A stretch of DNA of 62,973 bases, filler included. It is 8 parts of 8 records of this genome, joined end to end, with 100 filler letters (N's around TTAATTAATTAA, not from the genome) between each part and the next. Parts side by side here need not be neighbours in the genome. Positions count along the whole stretch, not along the records: positions 1 to 7,118 come from SRR2962707_4102; positions 7,219 to 16,357 come from SRR2962707_4104; 6 more parts are not named here. One strand, 5' to 3'. Below the pieces are notes generated by a model that searched no databases, was not told where the DNA came from, and saw only the letters and a list, made by a program, of their open reading frames with translations. How positions within the stretch are numbered: position 1 is the stretch's first letter; the number at the start of each line of letters is the position of its first letter. Below are positions 1-11,203 of the stretch, in pieces. A program made the translations under genes and the position numbers.

Positions 1-385
1 AAAAAAAAAAAAAAAAAAAAAAACGCACTCTCCTCCCGAAGGCTCACGAAGATTCACGATGCCTCACTCACTCTCTGACGAAGGCTCACTCACGAAGACT
101 CACAAAAGACTCACGAAGGCTCACGAAGGCTCACTCGCTCACGAAGATTGACGAAGAAGACGCACGAAGACTCACTCACGCTGTCATTCACCCTCTGACA
201 AAGACTCATTCTCACTCGCTCACGAAGATTCACGAAGACGCACTTACTCATTCACTCGCTCATTCACTCTCTGACGAAGACTCGCTCACGCAGACTCACG
301 AATGCTCACTCATTCACTCACTCACGGAGACTCATTCACTCATGAAGACTCTTGAAGACTCACTCACTCAATCCCTCACTCGCGA
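1..385 (+). repeat. Poly-A run followed by degenerate TCACGAAG / ACTCACTC low-complexity satellite upstream of a gene
   Basis: A-run at 1-23, then many copies of CTCACGAAG, CTCACTC and CTCTCTGACGAAG with irregular spacing and no unique spacers. Confidence 0.8.
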
Positions 386-531
386 AGCCACACCCTCTCA
401 CGGCCCTGCGCCGTCGCGTTGCTATTTTTTTGGTAACTTTTCTTTGTTGGTCGAGTCGGTTCTGTTTTTGTCGACTTCGTGGCGGCAACAAGAACAAGGC
501 TTGCTGCACATTCGACCCACAAGGAGAAGCC

Positions 532-3500
532 ATGTCAGCGAGTAATGCTCAGCAGCAAGTGCTGCTGCTGCTGCTGCTGCAGGCAGCAGTTTTGGCGGGG
601 TGTCAATCGACAGTCACTGCCTCCGCACCCTTTCTCGCTGCAAAAGCACCAGCAGCACCGCCACTTGAAGTTGCCGCATCGGAACAAAGTTTCCCTTCTG
701 ACGTCGTGTGGACGGATGCGCGAGCGCTTGGCATAAACGGCCGAGCCTTCCCAGAGAGCGTGCTCAACAGCCCGTACGACCGTTTCCCAGCGTCGGTGCA
801 GAAGACTGTCGACAGCAATACCTGGGCGCTGTCAGCAACGGCTGTGGGCATGTCCACTGCCTTCCGCACGAATGCAACCGACGTGTACGTGAGGTACAAC
901 TTCTCGCAAAGTGGCGCGGAGGGGGGCGATTGGCTGTGGCCTATCAACGGGCACAGTGGCGCGGACGTGTACGTGGCGTCCGGTGCCAGCAATGGCACCT
1001 TTCGCTGGGCAGCTTCCAGCGGCAATGGCTGTGAAAACATGCACCAGGCATTTGCGGAGCACGCGACGTCGTACGCAGTGTGCCTGGCAGGGGCGGAAAA
1101 CCCCACGAACGAAAACCGTACCTTCTTGGTGTACTTGCCGGCCAGGGGCCTGCTCGAGTCCGTGGAGATTGGGGTCAGCAGCTCAGCGGCACCGCCAGTG
1201 GGAGTGGCTCCGTACGATCCTACGAAGAAGCCGGTGCTTTGGTACGGCACCTCGATCATGCACGGTGCAGCGACATTGCACGCTGGCATGCAGTGGACGA
1301 ACCAAGCAGACCGCATGCTGCAGCGAGTGGGCTGGAACTATGGGTTCTCCGGCGATGGGATCATGCAGCCGGAGGTGCGCCCTGATCATCCACACCGCAA
1401 CGCTTGGCCCGCGCCCGACAGCGCGTGTTTCTTACGATGTTCTGTTGTGCCCTTGTGTTTCATTCAACAATTTCTGATTGTCGCTGGTGCCACTAGGTCG
1501 GAGCTGTCCTTGCCTCGTTGGACCCCGCAGTGTACGTGCTAGACTGTGAGTTCAACATGGACCGCTTTTCTTCCGAAGAAGTCAAGAACCGCACGTTGGC
1601 TTTTGTGCGACAGCTGCACGCTGCACGTCCAACGACGCCCGTCGTCATCTCAGAGGGCCACCCCGCCGGTGATCGGTGGGTGGCTGCCGGGGTATTCCAG
1701 AGGCAAAACGCGACTCGTGCTGGGTACCGCTTGGCCTTCAACGAGCTTTTGGCCAGCGGAGAGGTGCGGTTCGATCGTACCGTTTTGAGCTCGCAACGTG
1801 CGCGGAACTAAGCCAATGCGTGTGACGGTTAGCGCTGTTGGCTTTCATTAGGCGGAGAACTTGTTTTTCTTGGAGGGTGACGGCAAATTTGGTGGCGATT
1901 TTAATACTGATTTCGAAGCTCAAGTGTCGACGGTACACGCGGTGCACCCATCCATGTTCGTTGCGTGAGCGGGGCTTGTCATCAGGCAAACTGTGTGTGC
2001 GCCGTGGCAAGCGCCCGGCAATTGTTGGAAAGCTCCAGCTGCTTAGCGCTTTGCGTGTTGCTGTGGTCACACATGGTACGCTTGCAGGTATGGCATGATG
2101 CACATGGCCAAGTGGGGCAGCGACTTTGTGTCAATGGTGCTCAACGGAACTGCACCAGCGCAAGCTCCACTCCCCATCCCCCCCTTTTCCGACCAAACCA
2201 TGAACAGTGCAGTTCGTCAAACCGCTCGCATTCACTCTGTCGCATCGAGTTCATGGATCACAAGCGACAAGACCAATGCGGAAACGTCTATTACGTGGAC
2301 GGACGCGCGAGATCTTGGGGTCGAAGGCAAGGGGTGGAATGCCTCAGAAACTCCATCCAGTTTTTGGCAAAGATTCCCGGACCGTGCTCAGAGTACAGTT
2401 CCATCACAGATTTGGGAGCTGTCGCTTTGCACAACGGGCATACTCGTGCGCTTTTCTTCTGATGCTGCAATAATTTACGTCAACGTGACCCGAAACACGA
2501 GCACGGCAGCCGGGGGTTGGGGTGTGCAAGACGATATTATGAGCTTCAACGGACGCTTCGGGCTTGATGTTTACATGCGGGATTCGAACAATGACAATGC
2601 CTGGCGATGGGCGGTGGGTGCGCGTTGCACCATTGCTTGGGAAAGCGTTCAGTGGCTGGAACTCTGACTGCAGGTGTTGTTGGCATACTTTTGGCGTTTT
2701 CACGTGGTGCATGCAATTGCCAGGCCACGTCCGGCGGTGGTGCGACCGCAGAAAATGAAGTTCTTCAATTGACGTTGGCCAATTCGCCAGTCTCAGGTGT
2801 GTGCCCATCTACTTCCATGCTTTTTGTGTCGATGACCGGTGCGGCAGTGACAGGCTCTCCGCAATGTGCGTGCTGCTCATACTTGTAGGAACGGTCAACG
2901 ACTTTACTGTATACCTGCCAACACATGTCTCGCTGCAGAGTGTGTTTGTCGGAGTTCCGGATGGTGTGTGTTGAGCAGAGGCTGCGCTTCGTTTACACTT
3001 GCTTGAGCTGCGTGCTGGAGAATAATGGCCGCAGTGACCACACCTGGCCCTGTGTGCGCTACCATAGATGCCAAGATCTCACCGCTTCGGCCTTACGATC
3101 CAGACACCATGGCCAAGCCCATCGTTATGTGAGTGTGGCATTCAATTCACAAGCCACGTATTTCCCTTTGTTTCAAATATATATGTGTCGGTCCTGTGCT
3201 CAGCCCCGCCGATTTTTCACGTCTGTGTGTGTATTGGCGCCGGTGTCTGCATTTGCCGTACTCCTTAGATGGGGGTCGTCCATTGCACAAGGTGGCGTGG
3301 TGCAAAACGCTGGAATGCCTTGGCCCACGGCCTTGCAACGTATACTCGATGCGCCACTTCTCAATTTTGGCTTTTCGGGCATGTGCCGAATGCAGCCTGA
3401 GGTGGTACGTACCTGCACTCGGCTGCGACCTGTCTGAATGTGCAGTGTGGGTGTTTGAAACCTCGTGCCGATACTCACGGCTCTGCTGACACGTTTTAAC

Positions 3501-4165
3501 GTTCACCATGTATGTACGACCACCTTCTTGTGGACAGGCCACGGTGCTGGGAGAACTGTCGCCGCGGGCTTTCTTGCTTGACTGCTTGCCCAACATGGAC
3601 GCCATCAGCGTGAACACTAGTGCCGTCCCTGTGCTCCACCAACTGCGGAACGCATTTGGGCCCGATGTCCCCATCGTGGTATTGGAAGGCCACACGTTCG
3701 TCGCCATACTGTTGCGGACTTACTGTTTGTTTGTTTCACCATACTTTTCACCACTGGTCCGTGATCCCGTTGAGATGGTTTGTGAAGGTACACTAATGCC
3801 TGGATTGTCTCTGAAATTCAAGAAGAGCAGCAGGCGAAGCGCAGCGCCATGCGAGCCGCCTTTCAGCAGGTTGGCATTTGGAACCGCCGGCTTGGTGTTA
3901 CGCAAGTTTGCAAAAAGAGTTGCGCATCATTTGGCAACGTTGGATGAAGCGTTAGTTGTGTGTGGCCTGTTGTTGCGATTAGGCAATCGACGAGGGTGTG
4001 CCCAATTTGCACTACATCAGCGGTGATGGGAAGCTTGCTAGTTTGGGCGAAGCACAGTTCGATGCGTGTGGTGGGGCAGGAGTACATCCAAGCAACATCG
4101 CCCACCTGCGCATCGCTGAGTATGTAGCCAGTAGCCTGAAGCCACTGTTGCCACCGGGCGTTTGA
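532..4165 (+). CDS. Secreted tandem SGNH/GDSL-type hydrolase (two GxDLY-like N-terminal + SGNH units), 11 exons
   Basis: Hand-spliced with GT-AG introns at 1375-1496, 1764-1851, 1956-2087, 2614-2723, 2797-2888, 2964-3067, 3129-3268, 3405-3537, 3696-3787 and 3870-3982, giving one continuous frame. Signal peptide LLLLLLQAAVLAGC. Unit 1 motifs: WYGTSI, NYGFSG, LDCEFN, VHPS. Unit 2 motifs: WGSSI, NFGFSG, LDCLPN, VHPS. Confidence 0.85.
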
Positions 4166-4307
4166 ATAGCAAGTTCGGCTGCGCAGAGTCGACAGAACGG
4201 CGCCCAGCTTTCCCGAAACTTGAAGGTCGACTGCAAATATGTATGTATGTGTGTAATGTATGTATTTATTTAACATGCTCGCCTCAGGACCCATGTGTGC
4301 ATCCAAT

Positions 4308-7007
4308 ATCACACAAACCTCCATTCTCCAGCGGCAAACTTGCCCTGCAGGTTAGGTAGGTTAGGCACAGCCACAGACAAACTCAGGCGTAACGCTCCAA
4401 CAGGCACAGACGACATTCGAGACCGGGTTTGCAAGTAATTACACCATGCCGGGGATAAACGCTTACCTTGTTGGGCTTGTGAGCCCGGAACTGGTGGTTG
4501 CCGGGCGGGTTGTAGTCAGATCCTGTGTGAATGCTCCAAAACTCGTCATCCTGCAGCCCCGAGCAAAACAGAGTGAGCCTCAAGCCAAATGCCACACTCG
4601 CTTTCCCACAGGTGAATCATGACTACAGCACTGGCCACCATACCTTCCCCATCGCGCTCCGCTTGCCGCTGTGAGTTACAAATGGCTGATTAGCTACCCA
4701 ATTCCGGCGTCCTTCCTTCTCCTCACGCATCCTTTGGTCAAACTCTGATTCGTAAGGACTCCCTACCCATGCAGCGAGTAAGTTCATTATCCATTTGAAA
4801 GCAGGAGGGCAGGCACATGGCGCAAAAATGATGGTTTAGTCAGCAAACACCCTGTTGCACGTACAGACCTTGGACCACTGAAAAAAAAGCGTTTTGGTTT
4901 CCTTGACTACCGCGTGACTTGTCAATGCGCCGCCATTTGAGGTAGCTTTTGCTGGGGGCGCGCTTTGGTTGCCTCGAGCGCACAACAACTTGACCTTCGC
5001 TGTTGATGGTGGATGAACTGGCATTCAATCATTGTAACCGCATGCAAACGACGTCAGCTGAATGCGCAGCAAAGTGGCCACTCCAGGAGAGCCTCTGGTC
5101 ACAGAATTACACACGCGAAATGAACAAGGGACGAGAGTAGGTGGACGACCTTTGAGTGGTGCCGCGCTGGACACGGGTGTGTGTTCGTGGTTTTCTCGTC
5201 TTTCGCGCGTGGGTCTGTGGCTCACCGTCGGTACTCTCAGCCCGTGATCTTCCACCTGTCGCCAACAGTTCAAGCTCACGAGACCCATCGCTGTCGCTCT
5301 CTTCATCGATAAGCTGGGTTTGGTCCTGTACTTCAACGTGGTCTTGCGCTCCACTGCGATGTCGCTGGCCATGGCCAAGATCGTTGCCCCCGCCACCGCG
5401 ATCACGACGCGAGGTGGCGCTGCGGACACGTTCTTCAAAACGCTCGGCAGCTTGGCGAAGCTCAGTTTCATGCCGAGCTATTCGCGCAGAAAAGGGTCGC
5501 AACGCTCTTTTTACGTCGACTTTCGACTGCTCCCACTGACTTGCCGCAGGCGTTGGCCTGGTGGCTGCTGCCTTCGCAGAAATCGGAGGCCGTGCTGGTG
5601 GCGGTGACCAATGCTGACCACGAACCGAAGGTGCACGTCCAATTGAGGAGAAGTAGTGGGCTGCTTTGCCCTCCTGCTCACCCTCACGTTCTGCATGAGC
5701 CCGGGCTTGCGCAGTGAGGCGCGACGTGCGGTTTGAGGCTGCTGCAGCAGCCTCGACGCCAGCGGCTGTATTATGCAGCCGGGTGTCGATGTGGCCCCCA
5801 GCGGCAACAATCTTTTGAATTTTATCCACCTGAAACGACAGAGCAACGGTGAGGACAACAGCACATCCGGGTTGCGAGTGGGTTGGGCGCGTAGGTCTCG
5901 GGCCTTTCACTTTCAAAGAGCTCACCCAGGAAGGACACTTACCAAAAAGTTGCGCAGCACGACAGGCGCGGCTTTGTACTTTGGGTCAATGTGGAATACA
6001 CATCCAACTGTGTTTTGGTACTCGAAAACCACTGGCGGGCCTGTGCTCCCACGCTCCCCAGCGAGCGTCCGCGCCCGGCGCCTGCAGCAGCGAATGATTC
6101 GGAAGTCGGCCACAGTCACACCTTTTCGACGGCGCGTAAGAAAGCCCGCAGTTGCATCGATGCCTTTGAAAAGGTAGTGGTTTGTGCACTCAGATCGGAT
6201 CTGGGACAACACCTCATCACTCCGGCCGACAAACGGCGTGTACACGGCACGGTGAATGGGAGCCCGTGCGTGCACGGGCGGTGGGGCAGGTCTGCCCCGC
6301 TGCAGCTGCAACACGGTGCTCGTGCCAGCGGAGCCACCAGAGCTGCCACGTTGAGTAGCACTCTGGCCACGAGCGCGGGAGGAGTTGGCACGGGCTAATG
6401 ATTTGGCGGACGGCGGTGCGCTGGAGCCGTAGGTGTTGCCGACGCTACTCTGGCGAAGCCATCTGTCGCCACGTGGGAAGTAAAGGTCTCCCGTGTCACT
6501 GTCAAGGAACACAAAGTTTTCGGGGCTCGACGCAGGGAACTCTGCCGCGTCGAAGCTGTCCAGCGCATTCAACGGCGTCCCCAGACCGTCCCCATTGACC
6601 ACCGTGAAAGGCTTGCCCCGCGGCCCGTGTGCAAGCACAAACGCCAGCATGTTGGCCGTGCGCCCCGCTGCAAGTATGCACTTGCGCGCAGTTACGCACA
6701 TACGCAGCAAGGTCGCCAGCGGGTCGAGTATGGGGGACCAAGGCAGCGTGCTGGAGTCTCCATCCAGGACAATGACGTCGAGCTTGTCGATTTCACGCAG
6801 CACCTGCTCGTGGCCCGCTGGGTGCCCGAGCGTGTATTTCTCCAGCTTCGACATGTGCGCACTCTTCACCTCAAAGTCCAGCGGGCAAACTCCGCCGTCG
6901 CCCGCCAGACCCTTCACCGTGGCGCGCAGCGCGGCTCGCGACCGCTTGGCTGCCGACCGCGACTTGGCAGAGCCGCCGAACGCATCAATGAACAAGATTC
7001 GCGGCAT
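4308..7007 (-). CDS. Uncharacterised multi-exon protist protein with an N-terminal class I glutamine amidotransferase-like fold (probably non-catalytic)
   Basis: Exon 1 7007-5943 (LDVIVLDGDSSTLPW...KCILAAG...VGCVFHI), GTAAGT intron 5942-5830, exon from 5829 (VDKIQKIVAAGG...), later exons SPYESEFDQKMREEK... and DDEFWSIHTG.... The 3' end and internal exons are approximate. Confidence 0.55.
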
Positions 7008-7118
7008 CGTGTGCCGCCGCCTCCTCCCCCTCCTCCTCCTCGACTAATTTATTGTTTGATGGCAATCTTGCCCTTTGCTCTGTCGTATTCGTCGTCGTGT
7101 TGTTGTTGTTGTTGTTGT

Positions 7119-7218
7119 NNNNNNNNNNNNNNNNNNNNNNNNNNNNNNNNNNNNNNNNNNNNTTAATTAATTAANNNNNNNNNNNNNNNNNNNNNNNNNN
7201 NNNNNNNNNNNNNNNNNN
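7119..7218. other. Artificial contig spacer
   Basis: 44 N + TTAATTAATTAA (stops in all six frames) + 44 N. Confidence 0.98.
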
Positions 7219-7232
7219 TCGCCTTGAAAAGC

Positions 7233-7271
7233 CAGGGCGCGAAGTATATCCGAACCCAAAAAGAAAGCCAA
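7233..7271 (-). promoter_or_regulatory. Putative sigma70 promoter with GC-rich discriminator, firing off the contig end
   Basis: Minus strand TTGGCT (7271-7266), 17 nt, TATACT (7248-7243), followed by TCGCGCCC, as seen at stringently controlled promoters. Confidence 0.5.
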
Positions 7272-7377
7272 CCCTGAAAGGGACTGTTTCGTTATTCACG
7301 TATCCTCATTGCTACCGCGGAACGGAGCCACCAACCAAAGGGCACCGAAACAACCCGTGGTCGTCATTTCCACGACT

Positions 7378-8166
7378 CTAGCGCTCGGAAGCGCCGACTT
7401 CGTTCCAACCATACAGCCGTTGCACGTTGCAGAGCAGCGACTGGGCCAGGTCTTCGAGCCCCGAATTCCGCAACCGTGCCAGGGTGGCTAGTATCGACGG
7501 CAGGTACGCAGGCGAATTATGCCCCGCCTCGACGCCCGCTGGCGCCATATCAGGCGCGTCCGTCTCGAGGATCAGCGCATCAACGGGCAACCGGGCGATG
7601 GTATCCCGGGTCTTTCGCGCTCGCTGATGGGTAATGACACCACCAACACCGATGAAGCAACCGAGGTCAATCAGCTTGGTAGCCTGCTCATAGCTGCCCG
7701 AAAACCCGTGCACCAACACCCGCCCTGAAAAGCGCTTGCGCCGCAGCACCTCATAGACCTCGTCGTGGGTCTTAACGGAGTGAATAACCAACGGTAAATG
7801 TACAAGCGCAGCAATATCAACCTGCCCTTCAAACCAGGCGTACTGATCCCGCATGTCCCCGTGGAGCCGATCCAGGCCGCACTCCCCCAAGGCTACACAA
7901 TGACCTGGACGGTCTTCGAGCAAGCCTTGCAATGCGCATAGGTCATCGGCGGTATGCTCAGCCACATACCAGGGATGGATTCCGAGACAGTAGTAGAGCC
8001 CATCGTATTCCGATGCAATGCGACTCACCCTGCTCCAGTCGGGCCGCCGAACGCCGGGAATAACGAGATTCGACAGACCACTGCTGCGAGCGTCCTCAAG
8101 CACTGCCTTGCGACGCCCATCAAACTCAGGGAAGTCAAAATGGCAATGAGCATCAATGAGTCGCAT
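7378..8166 (-). CDS. tatD: TatD-family deoxyribonuclease (YjjV-like)
   Basis: DAHCH, GIHPW, GECGLD, LVIH, VHGFSG and ETDAP motifs; lies downstream of prfC. Confidence 0.9.
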   Translation of the reverse strand: MRLIDAHCHFDFPEFDGRRKAVLEDARSSGLSNLVIPGVRRPDWSRVSRIASEYDGLYYCLGIHPWYVAEHTADDLCALQGLLEDRPGHCVALGECGLDRLHGDMRDQYAWFEGQVDIAALVHLPLVIHSVKTHDEVYEVLRRKRFSGRVLVHGFSGSYEQATKLIDLGCFIGVGGVITHQRARKTRDTIARLPVDALILETDAPDMAPAGVEAGHNSPAYLPSILATLARLRNSGLEDLAQSLLCNVQRLYGWNEVGASER

Positions 8167-8183
8167 TCACTCACTCCAGCCTG

Positions 8184-9764
8184 CTAGTGCTCCCGTGTTT
8201 TATGGAAGCTGATCTCTGGATAGCGCTCCTGGGCCAACTGCAGGTTGACCATCGTTGGCGCAATGTAGGCCAGTCGGTCGCTGCCATCCAGAGCCAGGAA
8301 ATCGTTAGCCTTACGCTCGAACTCATCCAGTTTACGCTCATCAGAGGCCGTTACCCAGCGTGCCGTTGCAACATTTATCGGCTCATACACCGCCTCAACC
8401 TTATATTCGCTCTTGAGCCGACTAACCACCACATCAAACTGCAGGACACCCACCGCTCCCACGATCAGGTCGTTGTTTCGAAGCGGGCGAAAAACCTGTA
8501 CCGCGCCTTCTTCCGCAAGCTGGATCAAACCCTTTTGCAGCTGCTTGGACTTGAGCGGGTCCTTCAGGCGAATACGACGGAACAATTCCGGTGCAAAATT
8601 GGGGATGCCGGTAAATTTCATATCCTCACCGGCAGTGAAGGTATCTCCCAGCTGGATGGTGCCGTGGTTGTGAAGGCCGATAATATCGCCTGCGAACGCC
8701 TCCCCCGCATGCTCCCGATCACCTGCCATGAAGGTTAGCGCATCGGAAAAGCGAACTTCCTTGCCGATTCTCACGTGACGCGCTTTCATGCCCTGATTGT
8801 AGCGCCCCGACACGATCCTCAGAAAAGCCACACGATCCCGGTGCTGGGGGTCCATATTCGCCTGAATCTTGAACACGAAGCCCGAGAAGACATCCTCTTC
8901 TGGTTTCACTAATCGCTGATCGGTTTCACGCGGTTGCGGTGTTGGGGCCCACTCCACCAACCCATCAAGCATGTGATCCACACCAAAATTGCCCAGCGCC
9001 GTACCGAAGAACACCGGCGTGAGCTCGCCCGCAAGGAAGGCGTCCAGATCGAACTCATGGGACGCTCCTTTGACCAGCTCAATCTCGTCTCGGAGATCAC
9101 CAGCATAGCCTCCCAGAACCTCGTCCAGCTCAGGATTCTCAAGCCCCTGGATCACTCGTTTTTCCTGGATGGCATGGCCCTGACCGGATTTGTACAGGAT
9201 CACTTCGTCCCGGGTCAGGTGATAGACACCTTTAAAATTCTTCCCCATACCGATGGGCCAGGTAATCGGTGCGCAGGCGATTTTGAGGACATCCTCAACC
9301 TCATCCATCAACTCCACGGGATCACGCGTATCACGGTCTAGCTTGTTCATGAAGGTCAGTATTGGCGTATCCCGCAAGCGGGTTACTTCCATCAGCTTGA
9401 TCGTGCGTTCCTCAACACCCTTGGCGCTGTCGATCACCATCAGGCACGAATCCACCGCCGTTAACGTGCGGTAGGTATCTTCCGAGAAATCTTCGTGGCC
9501 AGGCGTATCCAGGAGGTTGACCAGGCGCCCGCCATATGGGAATTGCATCACCGAGGTGGTGACGGAAATACCACGCTCCTTTTCCATCTCCATCCAGTCG
9601 GATTTTGCGTGCTGCCCCGACTTCTTTCCCTTGACCGTGCCGGCTTTCTGGATGGCCTGCCCAAACAGCAGAACCTTCTCTGTAATGGTGGTTTTACCCG
9701 CATCCGGATGCGAGATAATCGCAAACGTGCGGCGCTGGGATACTTCGCTGGCAAGGCTGGTCAT
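8184..9764 (-). CDS. prfC: Peptide chain release factor 3
   Basis: [51 protein letters not shown]-terminal TREH. Start taken at ATG 9764. Confidence 0.97.
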   Translation of the reverse strand: MTSLASEVSQRRTFAIISHPDAGKTTITEKVLLFGQAIQKAGTVKGKKSGQHAKSDWMEMEKERGISVTTSVMQFPYGGRLVNLLDTPGHEDFSEDTYRTLTAVDSCLMVIDSAKGVEERTIKLMEVTRLRDTPILTFMNKLDRDTRDPVELMDEVEDVLKIACAPITWPIGMGKNFKGVYHLTRDEVILYKSGQGHAIQEKRVIQGLENPELDEVLGGYAGDLRDEIELVKGASHEFDLDAFLAGELTPVFFGTALGNFGVDHMLDGLVEWAPTPQPRETDQRLVKPEEDVFSGFVFKIQANMDPQHRDRVAFLRIVSGRYNQGMKARHVRIGKEVRFSDALTFMAGDREHAGEAFAGDIIGLHNHGTIQLGDTFTAGEDMKFTGIPNFAPELFRRIRLKDPLKSKQLQKGLIQLAEEGAVQVFRPLRNNDLIVGAVGVLQFDVVVSRLKSEYKVEAVYEPINVATARWVTASDERKLDEFERKANDFLALDGSDRLAYIAPTMVNLQLAQERYPEISFHKTREH

Positions 9765-9886
9765 AATTGGTAACAACCTGGTTCGGAGAGACTGAAAAAA
9801 CGGACGTCATTATAGGGATATTAAGGCACTGACGCGAACCCGCATCCGTTGAGAGCGTGCCGATCTAACCGCGGAGTTTCGAGGGA

Positions 9887-10369
9887 CTATCCGCCCAAGG
9901 GTAAGGCCATGACCAGTGCGTCTTCCCGCTCGCGGCCTGCAGGGTAGTAGCCCTTCCTGCGACCAATCACGTCAAAACCTTCCGCCGCGTACAGATCAAT
10001 TGCTGCACGGTTGCTGGCGCGCACCTCCAGTAAAACCTGGCTCATGCCATCCCGCGCCGCCTCCAGCACAAGGTGCCGAAGCAAACGGCGTCCTCCGCCA
10101 TTGCCCTGTTTAGCCGGTGCCACGCACAGATTCAGCAAATGGGCTTCACCCACCATATAAGCGACGACGGCGTATCCACTGAGCCGCTGCCCCCACTCGA
10201 GTGCCCAGAGCCGATAGTCAGGCCGAAAGCACCCCAAAAAAACGGACTCGCTCCAGGGGAAGGAGTAGCCCTGGGCTTCGATATTGAGGACGTCAGGCAG
10301 ATCCTCCTGGCGTAAGGCCCGGATCATGAGGTCGGCAATCTCTATCTCGCGGTATAGATCCTGACCCAC
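9887..10369 (-). CDS. rimI: Ribosomal protein S18 alanine N-acetyltransferase
   Basis: FPWSE, EAHLLNLCV, QGNGGG, LEVRASN, RRKGYYP, EDALVM; sits directly upstream of prfC. Confidence 0.93.
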   Translation of the reverse strand: MGQDLYREIEIADLMIRALRQEDLPDVLNIEAQGYSFPWSESVFLGCFRPDYRLWALEWGQRLSGYAVVAYMVGEAHLLNLCVAPAKQGNGGGRRLLRHLVLEAARDGMSQVLLEVRASNRAAIDLYAAEGFDVIGRRKGYYPAGREREDALVMALPLGG

Positions 10370-10372
10370 AAG

Positions 10373-11176
10373 TCAGCCCCCGACGGCGGACTTCAACTGC
10401 TGCCAGAGCTCACGCTTGTAAGCGGGCACCGCAGCCAATTCGGCAAGAGTATGGGAGAAGTCGACAGCAGCATCACCCAGCGCATCGTCAAGCAATACAG
10501 CTCTTTCTGTGGGAGAATCGTTGGTTAAAACTCCGAGCAAGACCACCTTGCGGGCACCGAAGTCATTGGCCAGGAAATGAAGAGTATCGCGAAAACAGTC
10601 TGCGCTGTTTCCTGGAACCCTCAGATTTCCAAACACCGGCCAGCGAAGCTCGCGCCCTTTCTCAATCCGGGTTTCACCGACCGCTGCCAGGATGTTTTTT
10701 GCCAGTGTGTCTTGAAGACGTGTGCTAGCCTCGTCGGATACACCACTGATCAGCACAAGCTGCTCTGAGAACCAGAACCCAAGGTGGGCGTGAATCTGGC
10801 GGGGCAGCTCCCCAGCAGCGTCCACTGTTTTTTCAGGCGACTCGTCGGCCGGTGCCTTCGACTCAACGGCAACTGGCGTTTCCGGAGCCTTTTCGGGCAC
10901 CGGTACGCCAGCAGGTTCCGGCGTGTCATCGGCCATCAGCGCCTGGATGCCGGCGATTCTGTCCTTGCCGACACCATCAACCTTACGCTGGGGAACGGAT
11001 GGCCGCGCCGGAACCGGAGGCGGTGCAATCGCAGCAGCTTCCAGCTCCGGCTCATCCTGCTCGGGAAAGGCGAATTCAGGGCTCGGTGCGGCGCCGGGTA
11101 ACGCCTTCCTGGCGTACCAGAGATGGATTCCCGCCTTGCCCAGATAAAATTGACGTTCTGCCTCTGGCATCATCAT
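10373..11176 (-). CDS. holD: Probable DNA polymerase III psi subunit, long pseudomonad type
   Basis: N-terminus RQFYLGKAGIHLW resembles the psi clamp-loader-binding peptide; Pro-rich linker, WPVF motif and C-terminal KRELWQQL; occupies the holD position immediately upstream of rimI. Confidence 0.7.
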   Translation of the reverse strand: MMMPEAERQFYLGKAGIHLWYARKALPGAAPSPEFAFPEQDEPELEAAAIAPPPVPARPSVPQRKVDGVGKDRIAGIQALMADDTPEPAGVPVPEKAPETPVAVESKAPADESPEKTVDAAGELPRQIHAHLGFWFSEQLVLISGVSDEASTRLQDTLAKNILAAVGETRIEKGRELRWPVFGNLRVPGNSADCFRDTLHFLANDFGARKVVLLGVLTNDSPTERAVLLDDALGDAAVDFSHTLAELAAVPAYKRELWQQLKSAVGG

Positions 11177-11203
11177 TGTGCTAGCCCCCTTCGCCTACCC
11201 TGC

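Noticed and set aside
24-385. Possible CRISPR array or telomere
   Set aside because: No constant-length repeat with unique spacers, no cas genes, and no regular G-rich telomeric unit.
352-531. ORF-track N-terminal extension of the SGNH gene
   Set aside because: It starts at TTG inside the repeat; ATG 532 directly precedes a signal peptide.
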